Below, in pieces: positions 19,604 through 29,155 of a stretch of 64,000 bases of DNA. The position numbers were made by a program, and so were the translations under genes. The stretch's first letter is position 1; each line of letters opens with the position of its first letter. The notes below the pieces were generated by a model. The model made no database searches, was not told the origin of the DNA, and saw only the letters and a list, made by a program, of their open reading frames with translations. Origin of the DNA: Syntrophaceae bacterium (GTDB taxonomy: Bacteria > Desulfobacterota > Desulfomonilia > UBA1062); contig JBDKSM010000138.1 of assembly GCA_039680665.1 (NCBI GenBank), positions 18,135-82,134 of the forward strand, in the 5' to 3' direction.

Positions 19604-20025
19604 GATAATGACCTCCGATTTTTATTTATTTTTACCGGTTATAACGGCAGAGCGGTTATTGTTACAACCTAATTCTTGTATCCGTACACGTGCCATAAAA
19701 AGCAGCGGCGTTATATCCTGTCGTAAACCGAAGAGCCCCATTCCGGACGGCATCGAGCGCATGGTCCGTTGCCCCGAAACTCTCTTAGAAGGGCAACCGT
19801 GCGTATACAGTAGTAACTTGTGCATGTTCCTCATCCTTCCTTGTGCAAGGCACAAGGTGCTCCTTTTGTTTGTGGCTTACTTGGTCGGGTAAAAAGCATG
19901 AAGTGTGCCATGCCTTGGCATATTTTATCGCTAATCATATCAATAAAATGGAGCAGGCATGGTTGCTCCAAAGGGCGTGAAATAGAAATATTTCAATGCC
20001 TGTTTTGAAATATCTCTATGGAGCA

Positions 20026-20950
20026 TTACACCCCGGCGCCTTTCTCGGATATTGGTTGAGGTATGGCGGCGTAGGTGCGGCAGGCAATGACTATGATGCA
20101 GCCGCTCAGCATGCACGGGCTCACCGGTTCGTGAAAGAGCAGCAGCCCCGTCCACATATTGATCACCGGGGAGAGCATGCAGAGCCCCTTCCGTGGCGCC
20201 GATGTACTTGTAGGCATGGGGCATGCGCAATTGTGCTGCGGCGGCGCAGGTGCCCCACACGCTAAAAGCGTAATCCATGGCAGGTCCGGGAACGAGTAGC
20301 CGCCGGCCTGGGCCGGCCCGGCCGCGATCAAAAGGCCGAAGAAGCACTGGCAAAAGAGGATGGCCCGTGAAGAGTCGGTCGCATGCAGCTTCTTGATGGA
20401 CAGGATGGCCAAGCCCGAGAGCTGTCCTCCAAGAGCGCCAGCAGGTCGTGCCATGCCATGGAATTCAGACCTTCGGCCGGGACAATGATCAGATAGAGAC
20501 CTATGAAGGCCGAAATTACCGAGATCCACAAACACCAGGCGATATGCGGTTTTTGAGGAGCAGGGGCGCAAAGAGTCCGGCCCACGGGGGGTAGCTGTAG
20601 GTGAGGATGGCGGCCTTGGCCCGGCCGATACGCGTGATGGAATAGAAATAGATGCATGCCGCGGTATTGCTGAAGAAGCCGCGGATGAAGAGCCAGGGCA
20701 GGTTGACGAACTTTAAGGGATCGCGCAGCCAGGCGGATATGACAAGAACAACGGCGATGCTGATGATGAATCGGAACGGGGATGTCTGCCAGGCATTGAC
20801 GCCGAAGGCCTGGTTGGCTATCCTGACCAGAACCGCCATCAGGCTGAAGATGCCGGTCGAGCTTATCATCCACAGGATGCCGTGTAGTGTGTCTGAGGGT
20901 CTTCTGATCATGCCATGCCGCGCCCCTGTTCTCACGGAAAAACACGCCAT
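20026..20950 (-). pseudogene. degraded DMT/EamA-family transporter (multiple frameshifts)
   Basis: EamA-like TM segments are split across all three minus-strand frames (ORFs 20516-20950, 20328-21086, 20026-20571, 19940-20353). No single intact frame. Confidence 0.4.
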
Positions 20951-21244
20951 GAAATCTTCTTATTTGATGGAGGAGATCAATAAAACCACGGCCGTGCCCA
21001 TGGTAGCCATGCAGGAAATCGTCGCCGCCAGCGCCGAGCAATCCATCGGCGTGGAAGAGCATAACCGGGGATCGTTCAGGTGGCAAAGACCACCCAGAGT
21101 AATGCCGCCAGTTTGAATCATTCGACCGAGTAAATGGTGCATCTGATGCGCATGTTCAAGACCAGGTCATGTTAGCCAGAGTGCTTTATGACGGCGATTA
21201 AGCGCTTGATCTCGGGAACGCGGCTGTCGTTGGGTAGCGTGGAT

Positions 21245-21883
21245 TTATCGGACATGGGCTTGACCTGCCAAGCGCGGGCAAGGTTCCTCCACGCTGTCTT
21301 TATGGACGCCGATGCGGTAGACGAAGATGGGGTCGTTGAAGATCGTCTCCGTAGCCTTGATGATCTCCTCCTCGCGCCAGCCGGGGATGGGGAAGTTGGC
21401 GCTGAAGACCATTGCGCCTTCGGGCAGTTCGCTCTCCAGTTTCTCCCCCAGGCGGGGCATGATATCGACGAAGAGATAGCAGTAGATGCAGTCCACGGCC
21501 GAGAAGTCCTCGTGCCAGAAATCGCGGAAGAACACCCGCGACTTGAGCCCGAGGAGCTTGATCCTGAGGCGCGTCATCAGGTACGCGATTGGGTTGATCT
21601 CATACCCGGTGGCGCTCACACCGTAGCGCTTTTCGATGGAAGCCAGAAAGCGGCCGTCTCCGGTGCCGAGCTCACGGATGCTCTTGAAGCGCGCAAAATC
21701 CACCGCGTCCGTGAGCCGCCGGATCATCACCCCTGGCGTCGGGACGAACATGGCCCCTCCGGTACGGTGATGCACGGCCACGATCACCATGGAAAAGATG
21801 AACAAGACCGCAAAGGCGATCAGGCTAATGCCGAGGATAGCGAGGAGGGCGGTCTGCATGGTCTTAAAGGGGCCAACACTCAA
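21245..21883 (-). CDS. membrane-anchored class I SAM-dependent methyltransferase
   Basis: N-terminal TM helix. Motif I (ELGTGDGRF). Confidence 0.65.
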   Translation of the reverse strand: MSVGPFKTMQTALLAILGISLIAFAVLFIFSMVIVAVHHRTGGAMFVPTPGVMIRRLTDAVDFARFKSIRELGTGDGRFLASIEKRYGVSATGYEINPIAYLMTRLRIKLLGLKSRVFFRDFWHEDFSAVDCIYCYLFVDIMPRLGEKLESELPEGAMVFSANFPIPGWREEEIIKATETIFNDPIFVYRIGVHKDSVEEPCPRLAGQAHVR

Positions 21884-22644
21884 GGATAGTCGATCTTGTA
21901 ATTGTCGATGATGACCTGCCGGGTGCGCTGCATGAGCTCCGGCAAGTCATCGTGGGTGTAGCCGGTGGTCTCGATGGGGTCGCCCACCACGACCTCGATG
22001 GGTCCGGGCGTAAAACACAGGCTTTTTTTGGGCAGCACCTTGCGGCTGCCGTTGACCGTGACCGGCAAGATGGGTAGGCCTTTCTCGACCGCCATGGTGA
22101 AACCGCCTTTCTTGAATTCCTGTATCCGACCGTCCGGGGAGCGCGTGCCTTCGGCGAAGAACATCACGCTCACGCCGGGCGGCAGGCGGTCCACCCCTTC
22201 GTGGATGGTCTTGATGGCCTGGGCGTGGTTGGAGCGGTCGATGAAGATATTGCGGGCGACATACAGCGCATATCCGAACAGAGGTATTGTGCGGAGCTCC
22301 TGCTTGATGATCCATCGGAACTGGATTCTCAAGGTGGTGACCAGGGCCAGTATGTCATACTCGGACTGGTGATTGGAGACGATGATATAGGATTGGCCGG
22401 GTTTGATCTTTTCCCTGTTTTTAATGCGTGGGTGCACGTTCGTCATGAAGAGGAGAAAGAAGGCCCAGAGCTTGGAGATGGAAAACGCCAGGTTGCCGGT
22501 GGTGCTCATGAGAGCCGCCATGGTCATGGGGAGAAACAACATCACCGTAGCGATGCCGGCCCAGAAACTGATCCAGATGACCTTGCACGTCCTCGTCAGA
22601 CCTGTCTGCATAGCCCGGTGCTCCTGTTTCATATGCTTAAGCAA
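21880..22644 (-). CDS. 1-acyl-sn-glycerol-3-phosphate (lysophospholipid) acyltransferase, PlsC family
   Basis: HX4D motif (NHQSEYD). FAEGTRS block. N-terminal TM. 4-nt overlap with the downstream methyltransferase. Confidence 0.8.
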   Translation of the reverse strand: MLKHMKQEHRAMQTGLTRTCKVIWISFWAGIATVMLFLPMTMAALMSTTGNLAFSISKLWAFFLLFMTNVHPRIKNREKIKPGQSYIIVSNHQSEYDILALVTTLRIQFRWIIKQELRTIPLFGYALYVARNIFIDRSNHAQAIKTIHEGVDRLPPGVSVMFFAEGTRSPDGRIQEFKKGGFTMAVEKGLPILPVTVNGSRKVLPKKSLCFTPGPIEVVVGDPIETTGYTHDDLPELMQRTRQVIIDNYKIDYP

Positions 22645-22690
22645 ATTATAACCATTGGCACTGTCTCGGTCAATGGTTTTGCCGCATCCC

Positions 22691-23368
22691 TTACAGCAGC
22701 GTTTCCATCACGAAATAGAAGAAGCACAGGTTGCCCAGATAGATGATCATGACCGTGAAGGCGGCCCCCAGGCGATACCATATGGCGCGGCCCAACGAAG
22801 CTTCATAGGCCAGGAAGGCACTGAGTCCGAACAGTATCTCGGGCACGATCAGGTAGAGCGCCACATGGGCGACGGTGGTAACGTCCCGGGCATACCAGAT
22901 CGGTACCGCCCACAAGACTGTTTCCGATCCTACGAACAGCAAGAAAGATGACAGACATACCGCCAGAATGACATATTTCCGGGACGTGCGCAGGGCCAAG
23001 CGCTGTCCCAGGAATACGGTGATGAACAGGGGGATCACCCATAATCCGCCCATAAAGGCCGGGACCGCGCCGACACGCAGAGAACCCGTATCCGGAAATA
23101 CCAGCACGTTCAGCTGCGCGGCCAGGAACCAGTCCGGGAAGATCTGCAGGATGCTTAAAGGAAAAAGGAAGAGCCACAGGCGGGTCCATTCCGGATAGCC
23201 TTGCCGCATCCCGGTGATCGGGAGCGCAAGGTTGTACGCAATGACCAGGGCGCTCAAGCGGGGTCCGACCGGCAGCGCGCCCGGGATCATCAGGACCACC
23301 ACGGCGACCAGGGTAAAGAGGCCGTGCAGGATCAGGCAATCGCGTTCCATACGGTCAAGGGGCTGCAT
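22691..23368 (-). CDS. polytopic membrane protein of unknown function (lipid-operon member)
   Basis: About 7 hydrophobic helices. No catalytic motif recognised. Confidence 0.5.
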   Translation of the reverse strand: MQPLDRMERDCLILHGLFTLVAVVVLMIPGALPVGPRLSALVIAYNLALPITGMRQGYPEWTRLWLFLFPLSILQIFPDWFLAAQLNVLVFPDTGSLRVGAVPAFMGGLWVIPLFITVFLGQRLALRTSRKYVILAVCLSSFLLFVGSETVLWAVPIWYARDVTTVAHVALYLIVPEILFGLSAFLAYEASLGRAIWYRLGAAFTVMIIYLGNLCFFYFVMETLL

Positions 23369-23456
23369 GCGTTCTTAGACCTCCTTCATAAAGAGTACTT
23401 GAAAAAGAGCGACGGATCATTATCATGATCATGACTTTGACAGCAAGGAGGGTAAC

Positions 23457-25829
23457 ATGTCGGTGCCTGCAATGAAAGCGGTAATTGAACCAGGAGGGGA
23501 GAGCCCCCGTTTCGAGCGCATCAAGCAAACTCTGCTCTCAAGCAAGGTGCATCTCTGCCCGGAAAGGGCCGAACTGATCACTACGTTCTTCAAAAAACAC
23601 GATAACCGCCGCGAACCCATGGTGGTCAGGCGGTCCAGGGCCTTGGGCTACCTGCTGGAACACAAAGCCATCCGGATTTATCCGGAGGAACTGATCGTGG
23701 GCAATATGGGGACGCGGCGCATCTCGGCCATCATGCAGCCGGAACTGGCCAGCGTCTTTATGAGCGAAGAGCTGCTCTGGATCGACAAGCGCGCCACCAC
23801 GCCCTTTGAAATGCCCTGGCGTGAACGCCTGCGCCTGCTCCTCTCCGTCCATCCTTACTGGCTGGTACGCAACATGGCGCTCAAGGCCTTCTTCCCGCGT
23901 TTTCATACCATGGCGCGCTATGTGGCCGAACAGCTGAACGCCACCTACTATCTCATCAACGAGGCCGGCGGTATCGGACATTTCCTGCCCAATTACGAGA
24001 AGGTGCTCAAACTGGGCCTGCGGGGATACCTGGCGGCCCTGGAGGGCAAGGACGGCGATTTCCATCGCGCGGCGTGCATCGCCTGTGAGGCGTTAGCCGC
24101 CTATGCCGGCCGGGTGGCCGCAACCGCCCAGGCGCTCTCGGAAAAGGAGCGCGACCCGCGGCGCGCCGCGGAACTTCAGGAGATCGCGCGCATCTGCCGC
24201 AAGGTGCCCATGGACCCGCCTGAGACGTTGCACGAGGCCTTGCAGGCCCTCTGGCTCACCCATATGGCCGTCAATATGGAGGGGCTCAACTCGGCCATCT
24301 CATTCGGCCGTATCGATCAATACCTCTACCCTTACTACCAGGCCGATCTCGACGCCGGCCGGATCACCCCGGACGAGGCCCGCGAGCTGCTGCTGCTCTT
24401 TTCCGCCAAGGCCGTGGAGCATGTCTTCCTGCTCTCCGAGCGTACCAGCCAGTATCACGGCGGGTACCTGGTGGTGCAGGCCGCGATTATCGGCGGCATG
24501 GATAAAGAGGGTCAAGACGCCACCAATGCCTTGACCTATCTCTTCCTGGACGTGATGGAGCAGCTCGGCCTGCGTGATCCAAACTATCAGGCGCGCATTC
24601 ATAGAGACAGCCCGCCTGATTACCTTCAGCGGGTGGTCGATGTGGCCCGGCACGGCGGCGGCATGCCGGCCTTGTTCGGCGATGAGGCCGCCATCGCCGC
24701 GCTTGTCAGCCATGGCTATCCTCTTCAAGAGGCGCGCAACTATGCCGTGGTAGGATGCGTGGAACTGTCACTGCCGGGCAAGAGTTTTTTCTCCACCGAT
24801 GCCGGGCTCTTCAACCTGCCCTTGTGTCTTGAACTGGCCTTGAATAGAGGTAAGCGCTTCGGGAAACGCCGGCGGCTGGGCGCCAAAACCCCGGACCCGG
24901 CCAATTTCAAATGCATCGAGCAGGTCATCGAGGCCTTCCGCTGCCAGGTGGATTTCATGGTGGCCCGTATGATCGCGGATCTCAAGGTCATGGAGCAAGG
25001 CAACCGCGACTATCACCCCACGCCGTTCTCCTCCCTGCTCGTAGATGGGTGCCTGGAGACGGGCAAGGATGTCACGGCTGGCGGCGCCGTCTACAACTCC
25101 AGCGGCGTGCAGGGGGTGGGGATCGCGGATGTGGCCGATTCGCTCGCCGCCCTGCAGGAGGTCGTGTTCAAGCACAAGAAATATTCGCTCGCCACTCTCA
25201 TAGAAGCCCTGAAGAACAACTTCGAGGGACAAGAGATGCTGCGCGCTGAGCTCCTGAAGTCCCCTAAGTTCGGCAACGATCAACCGCTGCCCGACGCCTA
25301 TGCCGATCTGGCGGCGCACATCTACCATGACGCCCTGGCCAAACACCGCAACATCCGCGGCGGAGGCTATGTGCCGGGCTTTTATTCCGTCACCTGCCAC
25401 GTGGCCTTCGGCAAGCGCTCCCCGGCCCTGCCCAGCGGCCGAGAAGCCGGCGAACCTTTCGCCTCCAGCCTAGGGCCCTGCAACGGTAGTGACCGCCGGG
25501 GACCTACCGCGCTTTTGAATTCGGTGGCGCATGTGGATTCCAAACTGGCCATGAACGGCTATGCCCTGAACCTGCGCTTCGATCCTGAGACCTTGGCCGG
25601 TGAAAAGGGCGTGACGGTCCTGTCGGCGCTGGTGGAAGGCTTCTTCTCCCAGGGCGGCATGGAGATGCAGCTCAATGTCTTGGACCCGGAGAAGCTGGAA
25701 GACGCCCGGACCCACCCCGGTAAATACCCGGGACTGGTAGTGCGCGTGGCCGGGTACTGCGCCTATTTCGACGACCTGCCCGACGCCACCAAAGAGGAGA
25801 TCATCGCGCGCACGCGGCTGCGGGCATAA
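23457..25829 (+). CDS. glycyl-radical enzyme, PFL2/dehydratase-eliminase type
   Basis: C-terminal glycine-radical motif (VVRVAGYCAYF). Thiyl loop (VVGCVELS, a Cys-x-Glu arrangement). 790 aa. AAGGAGGG RBS. Confidence 0.85.
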   Translation: MSVPAMKAVIEPGGESPRFERIKQTLLSSKVHLCPERAELITTFFKKHDNRREPMVVRRSRALGYLLEHKAIRIYPEELIVGNMGTRRISAIMQPELASVFMSEELLWIDKRATTPFEMPWRERLRLLLSVHPYWLVRNMALKAFFPRFHTMARYVAEQLNATYYLINEAGGIGHFLPNYEKVLKLGLRGYLAALEGKDGDFHRAACIACEALAAYAGRVAATAQALSEKERDPRRAAELQEIARICRKVPMDPPETLHEALQALWLTHMAVNMEGLNSAISFGRIDQYLYPYYQADLDAGRITPDEARELLLLFSAKAVEHVFLLSERTSQYHGGYLVVQAAIIGGMDKEGQDATNALTYLFLDVMEQLGLRDPNYQARIHRDSPPDYLQRVVDVARHGGGMPALFGDEAAIAALVSHGYPLQEARNYAVVGCVELSLPGKSFFSTDAGLFNLPLCLELALNRGKRFGKRRRLGAKTPDPANFKCIEQVIEAFRCQVDFMVARMIADLKVMEQGNRDYHPTPFSSLLVDGCLETGKDVTAGGAVYNSSGVQGVGIADVADSLAALQEVVFKHKKYSLATLIEALKNNFEGQEMLRAELLKSPKFGNDQPLPDAYADLAAHIYHDALAKHRNIRGGGYVPGFYSVTCHVAFGKRSPALPSGREAGEPFASSLGPCNGSDRRGPTALLNSVAHVDSKLAMNGYALNLRFDPETLAGEKGVTVLSALVEGFFSQGGMEMQLNVLDPEKLEDARTHPGKYPGLVVRVAGYCAYFDDLPDATKEEIIARTRLRA

Positions 25830-25923
25830 CGGGAGATGCTCAAGCAGAGGTTGCCTACGGGTATTATGACGTTCACGTCCTCAATCCATTCGGCCACGCA
25901 TATACGCACATGAAAGGAGTGGA

Positions 25924-26205
25924 ATGATGAAAAAGAAATACAAGGCCGGCACCTTTTGTGTCGATATCCAGTGCCCCCGGCATAAGGACCTGGAATCTCT
26001 GGAAGGCGATGTGTATCTGGAAAAGAAAAGGACCCTTTGCAAGGATTGCAATGCCTGGAAATTTTTTCTCTGGCTTGACGAGCATGATTATCGGATCGTG
26101 AGCACCCTTAACGAGATGCCCGCTAAAGAGCTTGCCGCCAGGCTCAAAGGGATTGACCCCGTGACCGTGGAGCATCTCACCATAGACGAGATTCTCTGTA
26201 TCTAG
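25924..26205 (+). CDS. small Cys4 (zinc-ribbon-like) hypothetical protein
   Basis: 93 aa. CxxxxC...CxxC. AAAGGAG RBS. Followed by a terminator. Confidence 0.5.
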   Translation: MMKKKYKAGTFCVDIQCPRHKDLESLEGDVYLEKKRTLCKDCNAWKFFLWLDEHDYRIVSTLNEMPAKELAARLKGIDPVTVEHLTIDEILCI

Positions 26206-26209
26206 GGAA

Positions 26210-26245
26210 AAGCCAGGGGAACGCGTATTCCCCTGGCTTTTATTC
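26210..26245. terminator. bidirectional rho-independent terminator
   Basis: AAGCCAGGGGAA-cgcgta-TTCCCCTGGCTT followed by TTTATT. Sits between convergent genes. Confidence 0.7.
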
Positions 26246-26253
26246 GGTATCCA

Positions 26254-28953
26254 TTATTTCGTCTTGGCTTTGAATATGGATGTCAGGGGCTTGGCGGCCT
26301 TTTTGAAGGCAATTCTCAGCTTACGTTTCAACACGCTCTTGATAATCACCGGTTTCAGGTTTTTGAATTCAATATTTTGAGCGTCATATTTTTTTACCAG
26401 TTTGATTGCCTCAAACTTACATTTGGTTGTGCACATTCCGCACCCTACGCACAGGTCTTCATCGACAACCGTAGCGCCGCAGCTCAAGCAACGTTCCGTT
26501 TCTTTCTTTACCTGCTCTTCTGTAAAGGTGCCGCGCAGATCCTTGAAGGTTTTATCGGATCTATCTCCGTCGACATGGGCTGCTCGTTGTCTTGGAAGAC
26601 GATCATACCCTTCGAGATCCACGTTCGCTTTATCAAACGCACGGTAGGCTCTCTTCGTACGGCCCATAACAAGGCTCTGTCCGGGCTGCACGAAGCGGTG
26701 GATCGAGATCGCGCCTTCTTTGCCCAGAGCGATAGCATCAATAGCGAACTTTGGTCCGGTTACGGCATCGCCGCCGGCGAATACATCGGGTTCTCCGGTT
26801 TGGTATGTCTCAGGATCCGCCTTAATGGTCTGGTTGGGATTCAATGCCTGGCTACTTTCTGCAATCAACGTACCCCAATCAATTGCCTGGCCGACCGAGA
26901 TCAAGACCTGATCCGCCTCGACGGTCTTCGTGTCATTTTCATCATATTGGGGGTTAAACCTTTTCTTCTCATCGAAGACGGAAATGCATTTTTTGAATTC
27001 CACACCCGTGACGCGTCCGTTTTCGGCAAGGATACGTTTGGGTCCCCAGGAATTGTTGATGGTGATGCCTTCTGATGTTGCTTCTTCAATTTCTTCGTCC
27101 AGGGCCGGCATTTCTTTCCGGTTTTCCAGACAGTACATAGCAACTTTTGAAGCGCCGACTCGTGTAGCGGCTCTGGCTACATCGATGGCGACGTTACCGC
27201 CGCCGATGACAAGCACGATCCCTTCGAGTTTTGCGCCTTCTCCCAAGTTGACATTCCGTAAGAAATCAACACCGGTGATAACACCTTGGGCATCTTCACC
27301 TTCGATACCGAGCTTTCTGCCCGCCTGGGCTCCGATGGCAAGATAGAAGGCTTTGAACCCCTGAGACCTCAAGTCCTTTAGACTTACATCTTTGCCGACT
27401 TCAACGCCGGTTTTAAACTCAACGCCTAACTCTTTCAAAATGTCGATTTCCGCATGAATGACATCTCGTTCGAGCCTAAAAGAGGGGATGCCGAGTGTCA
27501 GCATGCCGCCGAGCGCTTTTTGTTTTTCAAATACGGTTACCTTATACCCGTCAATAGCCAGGTAGTAAGCACAAGAGAGTCCGGCAGGACCGGCACCGAC
27601 AATGGCAATCTTTTTCCCGTACTGATGTCTTAGCCGTGGCACATAGCGGTGTTCCGCCCTCAGATCCTGTTCCGCGATGAATTTCTTGATATCATCGATG
27701 GCGATTGGATCATCGATGTCGCCTCTGGTACACGCGGATTCACAATATCTCGGGCAGACGCGTCCGCATACGGCCGGGAAAGGATTTTCATGCTTGATGA
27801 GCTCCAGGGCGTCCCGGTATTTTCCCTGGGAGGCCAGCTTGATATATCCCTGAATGCCGATATGGGCAGGACATTCCGCTTTACAGGGACTCGTGCCGGT
27901 AGCGACCACAACCTGTCTGTTCATACGATAATCGGGATTCCATTTGTCCGGGCCCCACTCGGTATTACTGGGAAGCTCTCTTCTCTTTTGTTTCGGCAGA
28001 GGACCTTTGGTGCAGATTTTTTGACCTAATCTCAAAGCATTAACAGGACAGTTTTCAACGCACTCTCCGCAGGCAACGCATTTATCTTTGTCCACCTGTG
28101 CCACGTAGTTGGAACGTACCATATCGGTGTTGTAGAACATCTCGGCCGTTCTTAAAGAAAGGCACCCGCATCCGCAGCAGTTACAGATCGCGTGCGTTTT
28201 CCCGGGACCGTCCGTGTTCGGTATCTGATGTATCAGGCCGTTTTCTTCCGCTCTTTTAATGATTTCAAAGGCCTCTGCACGGGTGATCTCGCGTCCTCTG
28301 CCGGTGCGGATATAGTATTCAGCGGCATGCCCCATCTGAATACACATATCTTCCTTCAGGTGGCCGCAGCCTTCTCCCATGATTTCTCTGGTTGTGCGGC
28401 AGGAACAGTTCGAAACCGAAAATAATGTATTTTCATTCAGGTACTTAGAAACTTCCTCGTATGAGGCCCTTCTCTTTTCCGCCATAATCGATTCTTCGAT
28501 CGGGATAACGCGCATCAAGCCCATGCCGACAGGGAAAATACCGGCCGTCAGCGGGCCTCGTACTCTTCCGTAGGCCTCCATGGCCTCGGCAATTTGCGGA
28601 TACTTTTTAACGTTTTCTATTTTGTTGACCATGCATTCCATGATGCCCGGAATCCAGGTATCATACCAATATTTATCAACACCGTCCTTTTTATTGACAA
28701 AGCAGACGCCGAGGTCCGCCAATGCTTCCAGCTGTTTTGTCGATTCCTCGATGGATTTACCGCACTTGGCGGCAACTTCTTCCGCACTCTGTGGGATACG
28801 GAACTCAAGGACGAGTGCCACTTCCGCCATTTCTTCCGTAACAACGGGCTCCAGAATTCTATATTCCGGATCTTCGGGCTTGATGGCGTCTTTTGCGCCG
28901 CGTTTCTTTTTACTGACCTTATTAGCAAAATCCAATACCTTTTCTTTTGCCAT
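26254..28953 (-). CDS. multi-domain Fe-S flavoprotein: N-terminal Cys-rich domain + GltD/NfnB-like FAD/NAD(P) oxidoreductase core + C-terminal 2x[4Fe-4S] ferredoxin (YgfK-like architecture)
   Basis: 899 aa. GltD-type helical Fe-S segment (VCGRVCPRYCESACTRG). GAGPAGLSCAYYL and a second GGGNVAIDVA dinucleotide motif. Ferredoxin CxxCxxCxxxC at both ends. CNCCGCGC cluster. Confidence 0.65.
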   Translation of the reverse strand: MAKEKVLDFANKVSKKKRGAKDAIKPEDPEYRILEPVVTEEMAEVALVLEFRIPQSAEEVAAKCGKSIEESTKQLEALADLGVCFVNKKDGVDKYWYDTWIPGIMECMVNKIENVKKYPQIAEAMEAYGRVRGPLTAGIFPVGMGLMRVIPIEESIMAEKRRASYEEVSKYLNENTLFSVSNCSCRTTREIMGEGCGHLKEDMCIQMGHAAEYYIRTGRGREITRAEAFEIIKRAEENGLIHQIPNTDGPGKTHAICNCCGCGCLSLRTAEMFYNTDMVRSNYVAQVDKDKCVACGECVENCPVNALRLGQKICTKGPLPKQKRRELPSNTEWGPDKWNPDYRMNRQVVVATGTSPCKAECPAHIGIQGYIKLASQGKYRDALELIKHENPFPAVCGRVCPRYCESACTRGDIDDPIAIDDIKKFIAEQDLRAEHRYVPRLRHQYGKKIAIVGAGPAGLSCAYYLAIDGYKVTVFEKQKALGGMLTLGIPSFRLERDVIHAEIDILKELGVEFKTGVEVGKDVSLKDLRSQGFKAFYLAIGAQAGRKLGIEGEDAQGVITGVDFLRNVNLGEGAKLEGIVLVIGGGNVAIDVARAATRVGASKVAMYCLENRKEMPALDEEIEEATSEGITINNSWGPKRILAENGRVTGVEFKKCISVFDEKKRFNPQYDENDTKTVEADQVLISVGQAIDWGTLIAESSQALNPNQTIKADPETYQTGEPDVFAGGDAVTGPKFAIDAIALGKEGAISIHRFVQPGQSLVMGRTKRAYRAFDKANVDLEGYDRLPRQRAAHVDGDRSDKTFKDLRGTFTEEQVKKETERCLSCGATVVDEDLCVGCGMCTTKCKFEAIKLVKKYDAQNIEFKNLKPVIIKSVLKRKLRIAFKKAAKPLTSIFKAKTK

Positions 28954-29155
28954 GGGGTGTCGCCTCCTAGATGCTGCTTTCGCGTTTGTGGTTATTTATC
29001 GTGACAATTCTTATGTCCTTTACACAGCCACCACGCCCGGATCTTAGAGCCATTTTGGCCAATCGTGCGGGCGTATCTTGGAATCTTCCCGCCTTTTATC
29101 AAGAATCATCCCTGCGCCGGTGAAGGCGGCCATACGCACCGGCGCAGGGGTATGT

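Noticed and set aside
19602-19892. 96-aa plus-strand ORF in the AT-rich region after the ADH gene
   Set aside because: It starts inside the ADH ribosome-binding region. It is Cys/Leu-rich with a nonsense composition and ends within a terminator-like hairpin. It is more likely non-coding.
29110-29149. 13-bp perfect stem-loop (CCCTGCGCCGGTG...CACCGGCGCAGGG) downstream of the Trp-rich membrane protein gene
   Set aside because: It has no adjacent U-tract on either strand, so it cannot be confidently called a terminator. It is possibly an RNA-stability element, and is noted but not annotated.
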